Assembly: GCA_900315705.1 (NCBI GenBank)
Contig: ONAB01000005.1
Span: 48,510-112,509, forward strand
Source: an uncultured Bacteroidales bacterium
Lineage (GTDB): Bacteria > Bacteroidota > Bacteroidia > Bacteroidales > WCHB1-69
Reading direction: 5' to 3'
Length of the DNA stretch: 64,000 nucleotides
In this document: piece after piece, positions 1 to 8,881 of the stretch
Layout: each line of letters begins with the position of its first letter
Numbering within the stretch: position 1 is the stretch's first letter
Notes under the pieces: model-generated
What the model saw: only the letters and a program-made list of their open reading frames with translations
What the model was told of the DNA's origin: nothing
The model's database searches: none
Translations under genes and position numbers: made by a program

Positions 1-468
1 ATTGTCAGCTTTGTTTGGTTCCTGGCCATCGGCTGTGTGCTGCAGCTGATTCTTCAGGGACTCACGCGCCTCATTCGCCAGCAGCACCTACGGTTGGTCA
101 TTGTGACGGCCCTGTGCACCGCATTCGGTCTCTATGCCAGCCATTATCCACACTATTACCGCGACGAGCACGCCTGGTTTTACCAGACCTGCATAAAGAA
201 CAAGCACATCTGCGAAAAATGGCAGAAGAATCTCCCCGAGAAGACGCTCGTTTTCAACGTAAAATCCCCGTCGATGTCCGATGAAGACATCACCAGCTGC
301 ATAGCCGCCACATTCCACAGCGGCCGCGAGTGCTATTTTGAGAGACCTTCCATAGAGGTACTGAAGGAACTGCAGCGGCAGGGATTCACCATCGCGGCAG
401 TGCGCAACCCCTGGATACCGGAGGCGTACGAGCAGGACAGCAGCATCGTGAAGCTGGAGATGAGATAA
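1..468 (+). CDS. hypothetical protein, 5' end outside the window
   Basis: Frame 1 is open from base 1 (IVSFVWFLAIGCVLQL...) to TAA at 466-468. It has a hydrophobic N-terminal stretch. No family recognised. Confidence 0.5.
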   Translation: MVSFVWFLAIGCVLQLILQGLTRLIRQQHLRLVIVTALCTAFGLYASHYPHYYRDEHAWFYQTCIKNKHICEKWQKNLPEKTLVFNVKSPSMSDEDITSCIAATFHSGRECYFERPSIEVLKELQRQGFTIAAVRNPWIPEAYEQDSSIVKLEMR

Positions 469-494
469 TATTGAATTTTATAAACTGATTACCG

Positions 495-1139
495 ATGAAA
501 ATTATTGAAAAGGAAAAAAACAAAGACGAGATCATCAAGCTCCTGAAGGGCACAAAACGCGAATACATTGAGGATGTGATAGATGAATTGTGTGGAAACG
601 GCTTCTTCGAGGCACCCGCATCCACCCGGTTCCACCTCAATATGGAAGGCGGTCTGGCCCAGCACTCGCTCAATGTCTGCAAAATGGGCATTATGTTACG
701 CAAACAACTCCTCCAGGAAGATCCTGAATTGACAGAACTGCTTCCTGAAGACAGCGTGATAATAGTTTCGCTGCTGCACGATGTGTGCAAATCGGACATT
801 TACAAGAAATGTCTGAAGAGACGCAAAAACAATTTCGGCCAATGGGAAGATGTCGAGGGTTACGAGGTGGACTACAAAAATTTCCCTTTAGGCCACGGCG
901 AGAAATCCGTCATTATGGTTTTACGGATGGGGTTCAACCTCACCGACGAGGAGATTATGGCAATGCGCTGGCACATGAGCGCCTGGGATCTCGCATTCCA
1001 GAGTCCTGATATCAAAGGCAACTATAACAAAGCCAAGGAAATATGCCCGCTCTGTGCCCTTCTGCAGTGCGCTGACAACCTCGCTGCCAACATCATTGAA
1101 CGCGAAGAGGAGGAAGACGTTCTGATACAGAAGTTTTAG
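495..1139 (+). CDS. HD-domain phosphohydrolase
   Basis: 214-aa ORF with H...HD metal-binding pattern (AQHSLNV ... LLHDVCK) typical of the HD superfamily. Confidence 0.7.
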   Translation: MKIIEKEKNKDEIIKLLKGTKREYIEDVIDELCGNGFFEAPASTRFHLNMEGGLAQHSLNVCKMGIMLRKQLLQEDPELTELLPEDSVIIVSLLHDVCKSDIYKKCLKRRKNNFGQWEDVEGYEVDYKNFPLGHGEKSVIMVLRMGFNLTDEEIMAMRWHMSAWDLAFQSPDIKGNYNKAKEICPLCALLQCADNLAANIIEREEEEDVLIQKF

Positions 1140-1177
1140 TCTCACCATCTTTGCAGTTCCTGAAACGATTCCTCCGT

Positions 1178-2020
1178 ATGAAAGCACGCCCCCTTCCCGA
1201 TAAAGTGCTGGCCGCATTGCTGCTGTCCTGCACCCTGCTGCTGACCTCCTGCCACAGCAACCGCAAGCTGGCAGGCTCGGGCAGTGTCAGGGCGGTGGCC
1301 AACCGTGTGTGGACATACAGCATCAGCCATCCCGACGGTTTCACTTTGGACATCACCACGATGACGGAGCCGGCGGAAGGGGTTGTCGTGGCATACGCCG
1401 CCACACAAGGATGCCACTCCCGCAAACAGCTTGGCCGGGTGGTGCGGCACGCGATGCGGCACGACGGCTATGTAGGCGGCTGGCTGGATACTGCCGACAG
1501 TCTCTACTACTTCGACAGCGACCGCCTGTTTCCCGAGGATTCCCTCGATGCCGCCATCCGCTTCGGTACTGAAAACGGACAACTCGCCGTGTTTGTCCTG
1601 TCGAAGGGAAGCGAGGTGCGACTGGACACTCAAAATACAACACCCGAATGGACGCTTCAGGAGGCCAAGTGTGCAGAAAGTCTGAACATACAGCCCACAA
1701 AAGACACTATCCTCGTGAAACTGAATTGGTGGCTCGCCAAGGCGGTGCTTCGCGACTTCTCGCTGGCACAACTCGACAGTGTGGTGAACACCCTTTGCCA
1801 TCCCGGCGACCGTTTTGAAATCACCTACTGGGATTATCAGCTCGAGTACTGGTCATTTATACCTGCCAAAATGAGAGCAGAGTACCTGTACGACCAGATA
1901 AATGAAATGTGTCCGAACAGCATCACGGCGGTGCATATACGGAAAGAGACGCTAAAGGAAGGGGAACAGATGCCGAATCAGCCGCCCTACAAGATCCTGA
2001 TGATTTGCCGGAAACATTAA
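1178..2020 (+). CDS. putative lipoprotein, unknown function
   Basis: The ATG at 1178 lies 26 nt after a -7-like box (CATCTTTG). The signal peptide plus lipobox is LLLSCTLLLTSC. The 1151 start in the ORF track is a TTG inside the promoter. Confidence 0.6.
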   Translation: MKARPLPDKVLAALLLSCTLLLTSCHSNRKLAGSGSVRAVANRVWTYSISHPDGFTLDITTMTEPAEGVVVAYAATQGCHSRKQLGRVVRHAMRHDGYVGGWLDTADSLYYFDSDRLFPEDSLDAAIRFGTENGQLAVFVLSKGSEVRLDTQNTTPEWTLQEAKCAESLNIQPTKDTILVKLNWWLAKAVLRDFSLAQLDSVVNTLCHPGDRFEITYWDYQLEYWSFIPAKMRAEYLYDQINEMCPNSITAVHIRKETLKEGEQMPNQPPYKILMICRKH

Positions 2021-2092
2021 ATCAAGGCAGAAGATCATAAATAGAAATAATGAGAAAAGTTGTATTTTTGCGTAATTAAAATAGTATGAATA

Positions 2093-2578
2093 ATGTCAGC
2101 CTATATATACGCCATTATACCATATAAAAATGAAAATTTGTTCCATCCAATGGATGGTGACAATATTGTCTTATTCCCTAATATCCCAGTATTAGATGGT
2201 ATTGATTCTGAATTTACCGATCCCGAGGGATTGGTATTACACGAAGATTTTCTTTTGATCAATACATGTTGGCGGCAATCTTATTTTACCAACAATAAAG
2301 AAGGTTATTGTCAATTAAGGGCAGAAATATGCCAAATCGCAAAGGCTTTGCACGCTCAAGAAGTCTGGTATGTGGAAGAATTGGCGACAGAAGAAATGAT
2401 TAATAAAAGCTTTTCATTCTCTGAATGGGTTCGGAGATTAAAAACCTCAGACAAACAGTATGTAGTTGAACTAACCAGAGAAATCCTTGAGGGAAATACT
2501 ATCTATAGTTATTACCATGATGATTTTTCAGATATCATTATGGAAAATCCTCATAATTGTCGCAATGTGGAAGAGTAA
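2093..2578 (+). CDS. hypothetical protein (AT-rich orphan)
   Basis: 161-aa ORF with its own TATTTTTG box at 2063-2070. Codon usage is visibly AT-richer than its neighbours. No motif recognised. Confidence 0.55.
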   Translation: MSAYIYAIIPYKNENLFHPMDGDNIVLFPNIPVLDGIDSEFTDPEGLVLHEDFLLINTCWRQSYFTNNKEGYCQLRAEICQIAKALHAQEVWYVEELATEEMINKSFSFSEWVRRLKTSDKQYVVELTREILEGNTIYSYYHDDFSDIIMENPHNCRNVEE

Positions 2579-2640
2579 GGTGTTTTTATCTTTTATCGTT
2601 TTTGTTCATCAATTTGAATTTAGATATATGAATGATGATT

Positions 2641-2676
2641 AAAAAAAGCAGCGGCAATTTCTTGTCGCTGCTTTTT
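2641..2676. terminator. bidirectional intrinsic terminator
   Basis: An A7 run, stem GCAGCG/CGCTGC (2648-2653 / 2666-2671) with a 12-nt loop, then a T5 run. It can serve both the + ORF ending at 2578 and the - strand tRNA-His. Confidence 0.7.
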
Positions 2677-2686
2677 CAATCTTTCG

Positions 2687-2761
2687 GGCGGCAGGTCGGA
2701 TTCGAACCGACGACCCACGGAACCACAATCCGGTACTCTAACCAACTGAGCTACAACCGCC
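2687..2761 (-). tRNA. tRNA-His (anticodon GTG)
   Basis: The reverse complement folds as a cloverleaf: G-1:C73 extra pair, D arm AGCTCAGTTGGTTAGAGT, anticodon loop TTGTGGT (GTG), T arm GTCGG-TTCGAAT-CCGAC. There is one U:U mismatch in the acceptor stem and no encoded CCA. Confidence 0.9.
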
Positions 2762-2787
2762 ATATCGGGTGTCTCAAAAAGACGCGG

Positions 2788-2795
2788 CAAAAATA
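2788..2795 (-). promoter_or_regulatory. -7 box (TATTTTTG) for tRNA-His
   Basis: Consensus Bacteroidetes TAnnTTTG lies 27 nt upstream of the tRNA 5' end. It is part of a 25-bp module identical to the one upstream of tRNA-Glu. Confidence 0.7.
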
Positions 2796-2854
2796 CACTT
2801 TTTTTGAATATCCAAGGGCTTTTTTCGGAAATATTTTTTTTGCCCCGTTTTTTG

Positions 2855-2862
2855 TATCTTTG
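2855..2862 (+). promoter_or_regulatory. -7 box (TATCTTTG) for hisS
   Basis: TAnnTTTG lies 24 nt upstream of the hisS ATG, divergent from the tRNA-His promoter. Confidence 0.65.
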
Positions 2863-2886
2863 CCGCCTGTTTAACACCTATATATT

Positions 2887-4251
2887 ATGACTGTTGTAAA
2901 ACCATCCATTCCCAAAGGAACCCGCGATTTCACGCCCACCGAGATGATGCGGCGCAACTATATTTTCGACACCATCCGCTCTGTATTCCACAAGCACGCC
3001 TACCTTCCCATCGAGACCCCTTCGATGGAAAACCTCTCCACGCTGATGGGCAAATACGGCGAAGAGGGCGACCGTCTGCTCTTCAAGATCCTCAACTCCG
3101 GCGACTTCACACAAGGGGTTGACTTCGACGCCCCCGACGCCTCCCCCAACAAGCTGGCGGCAAGGATTTGCGAAAAGGGACTGCGCTATGACCTCACCGT
3201 GCCCTTCGCCCGCTTCGTGGTGCAGCACCAGAACGACATCGCCTTCCCCTTCAAGCGCTACCAGATGCAGCCCGTCTGGCGCGCCGACCGCCCCCAAAAG
3301 GGACGCTACCGCGAGTTCTACCAGTGCGACGCCGACATCATCGGCAGCACCTCCCTCCTCAATGAGGCGGAACTCGTGGAGATCACCGACGAAATCTTCC
3401 GCAAGTTCGGCATCTCCATCACGATGAAAATCAACAACCGCAAGGTGCTCTCCGGCATCGCCGAGGTTATCGGCCAGGCCGACAAGGTCACCGACCTCTG
3501 TACCGCGATGGACAAGCTGGACAAGGTGGGCCAGGAGTGCGTCTGCCAGGAACTGCTGGAGAGAGGCATCCCGCAGGAGTCCATCGAACAGCTCAAGCCC
3601 GTGTTCTGCTTCGGAGGCGACAACAACGATGCGAAACTCGAGCAACTCAAGCAGTTGCTCCACACCAGCGAGATCGGGATGAAAGGCGTGGAAGAGCTGG
3701 CCGCCGTGCTCGACTATGTCAAGGAGATGGGGCTCACCACCGCCCTTGAAATCGACATCACGCTGGCCCGCGGGCTCAACTACTACACCGGCGCCATCTT
3801 CGAGGTGAAGGCCAACGACGTGGCGATGGGCAGCATCTCCGGCGGCGGACGCTACGACAACCTCACGGGCATCTTCGGGCTGAAAAATATGTCGGGCGTG
3901 GGCATCTCCTACGGCGCGGAACGCATCTACGACGTGCTCAACGAACTCAACCTTTTCCCCGACGCCATCCTCACTCCCGTCAAGGCCCTGTTCATCAACT
4001 TCGGCAAGGAAGACGAGAAATACGCTTTGCGCGGCCTGCGCGCCCTCCGCGACGCCGGCATCCCCTCGGAAATCTATCCCGACAGCGCCAAAATCGGAAA
4101 ACAGATGAACTACGCCAACGCCAAATCGGTCCCGTATGTCATTATGGCGGGCGAGAACGAACGGCTGAGCAACACCTACACGCTGAAAAATATGAACACC
4201 GGCGAGCAACAACAACTCCCAATAGAGGAAATCACCCGGATGCTGCTTTAA
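2887..4251 (+). CDS. hisS: histidine--tRNA ligase
   Basis: 454 aa with class II HisRS motifs [20 protein letters not shown] and GGGRYDNL. Confidence 0.95.
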   Translation: MTVVKPSIPKGTRDFTPTEMMRRNYIFDTIRSVFHKHAYLPIETPSMENLSTLMGKYGEEGDRLLFKILNSGDFTQGVDFDAPDASPNKLAARICEKGLRYDLTVPFARFVVQHQNDIAFPFKRYQMQPVWRADRPQKGRYREFYQCDADIIGSTSLLNEAELVEITDEIFRKFGISITMKINNRKVLSGIAEVIGQADKVTDLCTAMDKLDKVGQECVCQELLERGIPQESIEQLKPVFCFGGDNNDAKLEQLKQLLHTSEIGMKGVEELAAVLDYVKEMGLTTALEIDITLARGLNYYTGAIFEVKANDVAMGSISGGGRYDNLTGIFGLKNMSGVGISYGAERIYDVLNELNLFPDAILTPVKALFINFGKEDEKYALRGLRALRDAGIPSEIYPDSAKIGKQMNYANAKSVPYVIMAGENERLSNTYTLKNMNTGEQQQLPIEEITRMLL

Positions 4252-4287
4252 TATTCCAACCCCTTATCCCCCACCCTGACGAGCACT

Positions 4288-5664
4288 ATGCCCAACAATT
4301 CAGCCTCATTCAAAGCAAAGCTCCGGCTTATGTGGCGCAAAATCAAGGACTTCGCCCAGTTGCGCGAGGACACCGACTACGCGGCCACCATTGACACCAT
4401 ATCCAAAAGTGTGGAGTTCCGCGGGATGAATATGTGGATTCTGGTGTTTGCCATCATCGTGGCTTCCGTGGGACTGAACGTCAACTCCACCGCCGTCATC
4501 ATCGGCGCAATGTTGATTTCACCCTTGATGGGACCCATCAACGGCATCGGTCTCTCCGTGGGCATAATGGATGAATACCTGCTGCAGAAGTCCGTCAAGA
4601 ACCTCGGCATTATGGTGCTGGTCAGTTTGTTGGCTTCTTTCCTGTACTTCCTGCTATCGCCACTCGGCGACGCGCAGTCGGAGCTGCTGGCGCGTACTCG
4701 CCCCACCATCTTCGACGTGTTCATCGCCTTTTTCGGCGGTTTGGCCGGCATCGTGGCCACCTCCCGCAAGTCGCAGTCCATCACCGTCATCTCGGGCGTG
4801 GCCATCGCCACCGCCTTGATGCCGCCGCTCTGCACGGCCGGCTACGGTCTCGCCACCGCCCAGTTCAAGTATTTCTTCGGGGCCTTCTACCTCTTCTTCC
4901 TCAACTCCTTCTTCATCGCCCTCGCCACCTTCGTGATGGTCCGCTTTCTCTCTTTCCCCCAGATACAATATGTGGAACCCGGACGTAACCGCGCCGTCAA
5001 GCGCATCATCACCATATTCACCATCATCGTATTGGTACCCAGTATCATACTGGCCATCGACGTGGTGCGTCAAGCCGCTTTCAACACCCAGGCCATCAAA
5101 TTTGTGAACGACACCCAAGAGAGCGAACGTTTCCAGAACATCCAGATTGTCAACTCCGTCCGTGACTACCACGCCAAAGAACAAAGCGTCATCCTGTCGC
5201 TGGTGGGACGGCCCTTGTCGAAAAGCGAGATCACTGAATTGCAAAACTCGCTGCAAAACCAATATGGCCTCACACACGCCAAACTGATTGTCAAGCAGAC
5301 TGGCGAGGCCATTGACATCACCAAGCAGAACGAGATCATCGAGGACATCATCAACAAAAAGGACCTGCGCATCGACCAGCAGGACTCCCTCATCAGCCAA
5401 CTTCAAGGCCAGCTGAGTGCCGCCCGCAATGCGGAGACCCTCTCCAGCCAAATCGCCAAGGAGATCTATGTGCAATACCCCAACATCAAAGGGTTCGCCA
5501 TCTCCGAAATGGAACAGTTCGACCCCAAAACCCTCGAGCACCACAGCGTGCCCATCGTGCTCATCCAATGGAAAGACGGGGGCACAAATCCCGCCGCCGA
5601 GAAGAAAATCGTGGAATGGCTCAAGGTCAGAATGGAGGTGGAAGAACTTAAAGTGATACATTAG
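4288..5664 (+). CDS. DUF389 (TIGR00341-like) membrane protein
   Basis: The N-terminal half is rich in TM helices with the GAMLISPLMGPI signature typical of DUF389. The C-terminal domain is soluble. Confidence 0.7.
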   Translation: MPNNSASFKAKLRLMWRKIKDFAQLREDTDYAATIDTISKSVEFRGMNMWILVFAIIVASVGLNVNSTAVIIGAMLISPLMGPINGIGLSVGIMDEYLLQKSVKNLGIMVLVSLLASFLYFLLSPLGDAQSELLARTRPTIFDVFIAFFGGLAGIVATSRKSQSITVISGVAIATALMPPLCTAGYGLATAQFKYFFGAFYLFFLNSFFIALATFVMVRFLSFPQIQYVEPGRNRAVKRIITIFTIIVLVPSIILAIDVVRQAAFNTQAIKFVNDTQESERFQNIQIVNSVRDYHAKEQSVILSLVGRPLSKSEITELQNSLQNQYGLTHAKLIVKQTGEAIDITKQNEIIEDIINKKDLRIDQQDSLISQLQGQLSAARNAETLSSQIAKEIYVQYPNIKGFAISEMEQFDPKTLEHHSVPIVLIQWKDGGTNPAAEKKIVEWLKVRMEVEELKVIH

Positions 5665-5687
5665 ACTTTTCTTTTAATCCAATCATA

Positions 5688-7514
5688 ATGAATGACAAAC
5701 ATTTTCTTCCAATCACCAAGAAAGAGTTGGATTACTTGGGGTGGGACTATGTGGATGTCATCATTGTGAACGGCGACGCCTACGTGGATCACCCCTCTTT
5801 CGGGGCGGCGGTCATCGGGCGCGTGCTGGAGCGCGAGGGACTGCGCGTGGCCATTCTGCCGCAACCCAACTGGCAGGATGACCTGCGGGATTTCAAGAAA
5901 CTGGGCAAGCCCCGGCTCTTCTTCGGCGTCACCTCCGGCAATATGGACTCGATGGTCAACCACTACACTGCCAACAAGCGACTGCGCAGCGACGATGCCT
6001 ACACCGCCGGGGGCAAGGCTGGTTTCCGGCCCGACTACGCAACCACGGTCTATGCCCGCATCCTGAAGCAACTTTTCCCCGATGTGCCTGTGGTTCTAGG
6101 CGGCATCGAAGCCTCTATGCGCCGCCTCTCACACTACGACTACTGGAGCGACTCGCTCAAGCCCAGCATCCTGGCCGACAGCGGCGCCGACGTGCTGGTG
6201 TATGGAATGGGCGAGCGCCCTATCATTGCCCTGGCGCAATTGTTCCAGCACCCCGACTGGCGCAATCATCTTTCCGAATGCCGCCAGATTGCATATATGG
6301 ACAAGGATGGTGAAAACTACCGGCAAGCGCATTGCATCCGGCTGCACTCCTACGAAGCCGAGTTGAAAGACAAGCGCAAATATGGGGAGGATTTCGTCAA
6401 ATTCGAGACGGAATCCAACAAACGCGAGCAAAGAATGCTGGTGCAACCCTACGGCGAGCAGGTGCTGGTGGTGCAGTCCCCCTACCCCGTGGCCACGGAA
6501 GCCGAGATGGACAGTTTCGCGCTCTTCGACCGGATGATGAACGCCCCGCACCCCAAGTACCTGAAACGCGGGGAGATACCGGCCTTCGAGATGATCAAGA
6601 ACTCTATCACGATGCACCGCGGATGTTTTGGCGGCTGCAGCTTCTGCGCCATCTCCGCCCACCAGGGCAAGCAGATTGCCTCGCGCTCCGACGAGTCCAT
6701 CCTCGCGGAGGTGCGCGACCTCATACAACGTCCCTACTTCAAGGGGCACATCAGCGACCTGGGCGGGCCTTCCGCCAATATGTTCCGGATGGAGGGGCAC
6801 GATTTGGAAAAGTGCCGTACCTGTCCGCGACCCTCCTGCCTTACACCAAACATCTGCCCCAATATGCAACTGAACCACAAGCCGTTGCTAAAGCTATATG
6901 AAGCAGTACGTCAGATGGACGGAGTGAAGCACGTCACCATCGGCAGTGGCATCCGTTACGAGATGCTGCTCAACGACGACAAAGAGGCTGACAAAAAGAA
7001 CGGGCAGTCGCAATACCTGCAGGAGGTGGTAAAGCACCACGTATCGGGGAGACTCAAGGTGGCTCCCGAGCACACCGACCCTGAAGTGCTGAAACTGATG
7101 CGCAAACCGGAATTCGACAAATTCCTGATCTTCCTGGAACGATTCAACCAAGCCAATCGGCAATGCGGGAAAAACCAGCAGCTCATTCCCTACTTCATCG
7201 GCTCGCACCCCGGATGCACCATCGAGAAGATGTCGGAGTTGTGCGACATCACGCAGAAGCATCATCTCATCACCGACCAAGTGCAGGACTTCACCCCCAC
7301 GCCGATGACCTTCTCCACGGCATTGTACTATTTAGGGTACAATCCCTACAACGGGAAAACGGTATATGTGCCCAAGCGGATGGAGGAGCGCAAAGACCAG
7401 CACCTCTTCTTCTTCGCGAAGTTGCCCGAAAACCGCAAGCGCATCGCGCAGCTCACTTCCGCCCGAAATCGGCGGGGATCTCGCCCCAAAGGGGGGTATT
7501 CCACTTATAGATAG
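5688..7514 (+). CDS. ygiQ: YgiQ-family radical SAM protein
   Basis: It has a UPF0313-type N-terminus (FLPITKKEL...GDAYVDHPSFG) and the radical-SAM cluster CFGGCSFCAI. Confidence 0.85.
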   Translation: MNDKHFLPITKKELDYLGWDYVDVIIVNGDAYVDHPSFGAAVIGRVLEREGLRVAILPQPNWQDDLRDFKKLGKPRLFFGVTSGNMDSMVNHYTANKRLRSDDAYTAGGKAGFRPDYATTVYARILKQLFPDVPVVLGGIEASMRRLSHYDYWSDSLKPSILADSGADVLVYGMGERPIIALAQLFQHPDWRNHLSECRQIAYMDKDGENYRQAHCIRLHSYEAELKDKRKYGEDFVKFETESNKREQRMLVQPYGEQVLVVQSPYPVATEAEMDSFALFDRMMNAPHPKYLKRGEIPAFEMIKNSITMHRGCFGGCSFCAISAHQGKQIASRSDESILAEVRDLIQRPYFKGHISDLGGPSANMFRMEGHDLEKCRTCPRPSCLTPNICPNMQLNHKPLLKLYEAVRQMDGVKHVTIGSGIRYEMLLNDDKEADKKNGQSQYLQEVVKHHVSGRLKVAPEHTDPEVLKLMRKPEFDKFLIFLERFNQANRQCGKNQQLIPYFIGSHPGCTIEKMSELCDITQKHHLITDQVQDFTPTPMTFSTALYYLGYNPYNGKTVYVPKRMEERKDQHLFFFAKLPENRKRIAQLTSARNRRGSRPKGGYSTYR

Positions 7515-8094
7515 GATTGTCGTAGGTGTTGTTGCGCAGCCAGTTCTCGGCGCGCGTCATCATATCGAACAGTATCGCATTCTCCTCGGTGGGAAGGATG
7601 ATAGACTTGTGTTTCTTATGGCGCACCCAGGCCATCGCCGTGATGCTGTCGGTGTAGATGGGGATGTCGAGGTTGCGCTGCTTGCAGAGGGCGATGCCGT
7701 GCACCAAGGCCAGAAACTCGCCAATGTTGTTGGAGGCGTTGGGGAAGGGACCTTTATGGAACCAGACCTCCCGTGTGGCCACATAGACGCCGCGGTACTC
7801 CATCATCTTTGTCACCGTGTTCCAGGCAGCGTCCACCGAAAGGCTCTCCAAAATGGGCTTGGGAGCATCCTCCTTCAATATTTGCAACGAGATGCCGCTT
7901 GCCGTGGCCGGATGGTTGCGATAATACTGCTCGTAACCCTCCCGGAAGGCCGAAACGGCAGCCTCCTGAGTCTCAAAGGACTTGTACTTCGCACCCTCGA
8001 AATGGTCCACCTGCTCCTTGCATTCGCCCCAATTGTCGTAAACGCCGGGCTTCTGTCCAGCCCAAACCACATAATACTTTTTCTTTGCTGCCAT
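7453..8094 (-). CDS. rnhA: ribonuclease H1 with N-terminal hybrid-binding domain
   Basis: The N-terminus YYVVWAGQKPGVYDNWGECKEQV is a dsRNA/hybrid-binding fold, followed by an RNase H core. The 3' end overlaps ygiQ convergently by 62 nt. Confidence 0.8.
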   Translation of the reverse strand: MAAKKKYYVVWAGQKPGVYDNWGECKEQVDHFEGAKYKSFETQEAAVSAFREGYEQYYRNHPATASGISLQILKEDAPKPILESLSVDAAWNTVTKMMEYRGVYVATREVWFHKGPFPNASNNIGEFLALVHGIALCKQRNLDIPIYTDSITAMAWVRHKKHKSIILPTEENAILFDMMTRAENWLRNNTYDNPIYKWNTPLWGEIPADFGRK

Positions 8095-8242
8095 AATCGT
8101 CTTTATAATATTGTATTAGAGGGTTAGATGCCTTTTTCAAACATCCTGCCGAAAGGTCGGCATAATTGTGTATTTTTGCAGCGGCAAAACCGACAACAAA
8201 AACCTGCCGCAAAAGTAGTCTTAATTGAACGAATCTCAAAGT

Positions 8243-8752
8243 ATGAAAAAAAGAATTTATCAACAATTTCCGCTTATTCTGCTTATCATCATATCTGTCA
8301 GCATTTTAGCCACTGGGTGTCACCGTCCTGAACGGCAACGCGAAACCATCAAGGTTGAGCACCAATTCCCCAACACAAACTGGACCTTCGAGGAACAGGT
8401 GCTGCACTTCGGATTTGACAATATTGACACCGTAAGCGATTTCAGAATAGAGTTTTACCTGAAATACGACACCACACTCGTCGCCACCGAGGAGATTCCC
8501 GTAAACATCACCATCACGGCTCCCGACGGTATGGAAACATTCGTCTCCAGCGTGCTCAACTTCGACCCCAAGCAGAACAAAGATATTACACCATTTTCAC
8601 AAGGCAGTGTATGTTCTATGAAACTCGTGGCCTTCCCCCAGAAGCATTTTACGCAAAAGGGACGGTATGACATCTCCTTCTACCGCAAGATGCCCAAATA
8701 CGACAACCTCGGATTTGAATCCTTAACCTTGAATGTTGTCCCTATCAAATAG
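8243..8752 (+). CDS. gldH: GldH-like lipoprotein
   Basis: Lipobox ILATGC. Size and pattern (FPNTNWTFEE ... GRYDISF) resemble gliding-motility lipoprotein GldH. The call is from memory only. Confidence 0.5.
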   Translation: MKKRIYQQFPLILLIIISVSILATGCHRPERQRETIKVEHQFPNTNWTFEEQVLHFGFDNIDTVSDFRIEFYLKYDTTLVATEEIPVNITITAPDGMETFVSSVLNFDPKQNKDITPFSQGSVCSMKLVAFPQKHFTQKGRYDISFYRKMPKYDNLGFESLTLNVVPIK

Positions 8753-8881
8753 GCTTCTTCTCCCCTGCCCTTCCTGTCGAATTTTAACATCTGTTTGTTA
8801 AAATTAAATTTATTCTAAATTTTTATTTAATCATAACATAATTTTTCATATTTTTGCAGCCGAATAAAAATATGAACGATT

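Noticed and set aside
2878-4215. Long antisense ORFs opposite hisS, comM (8885-9961), groEL (12364-14010), dnaK (32626-34578), the OPT transporter (60481-61893) and many others in the ORF track.
   Set aside because: They are shadow ORFs typical of GC-rich coding DNA. They have repetitive G/A/V/D/E/H-rich low-complexity translations and no start context. The opposite strand encodes unmistakable conserved proteins.
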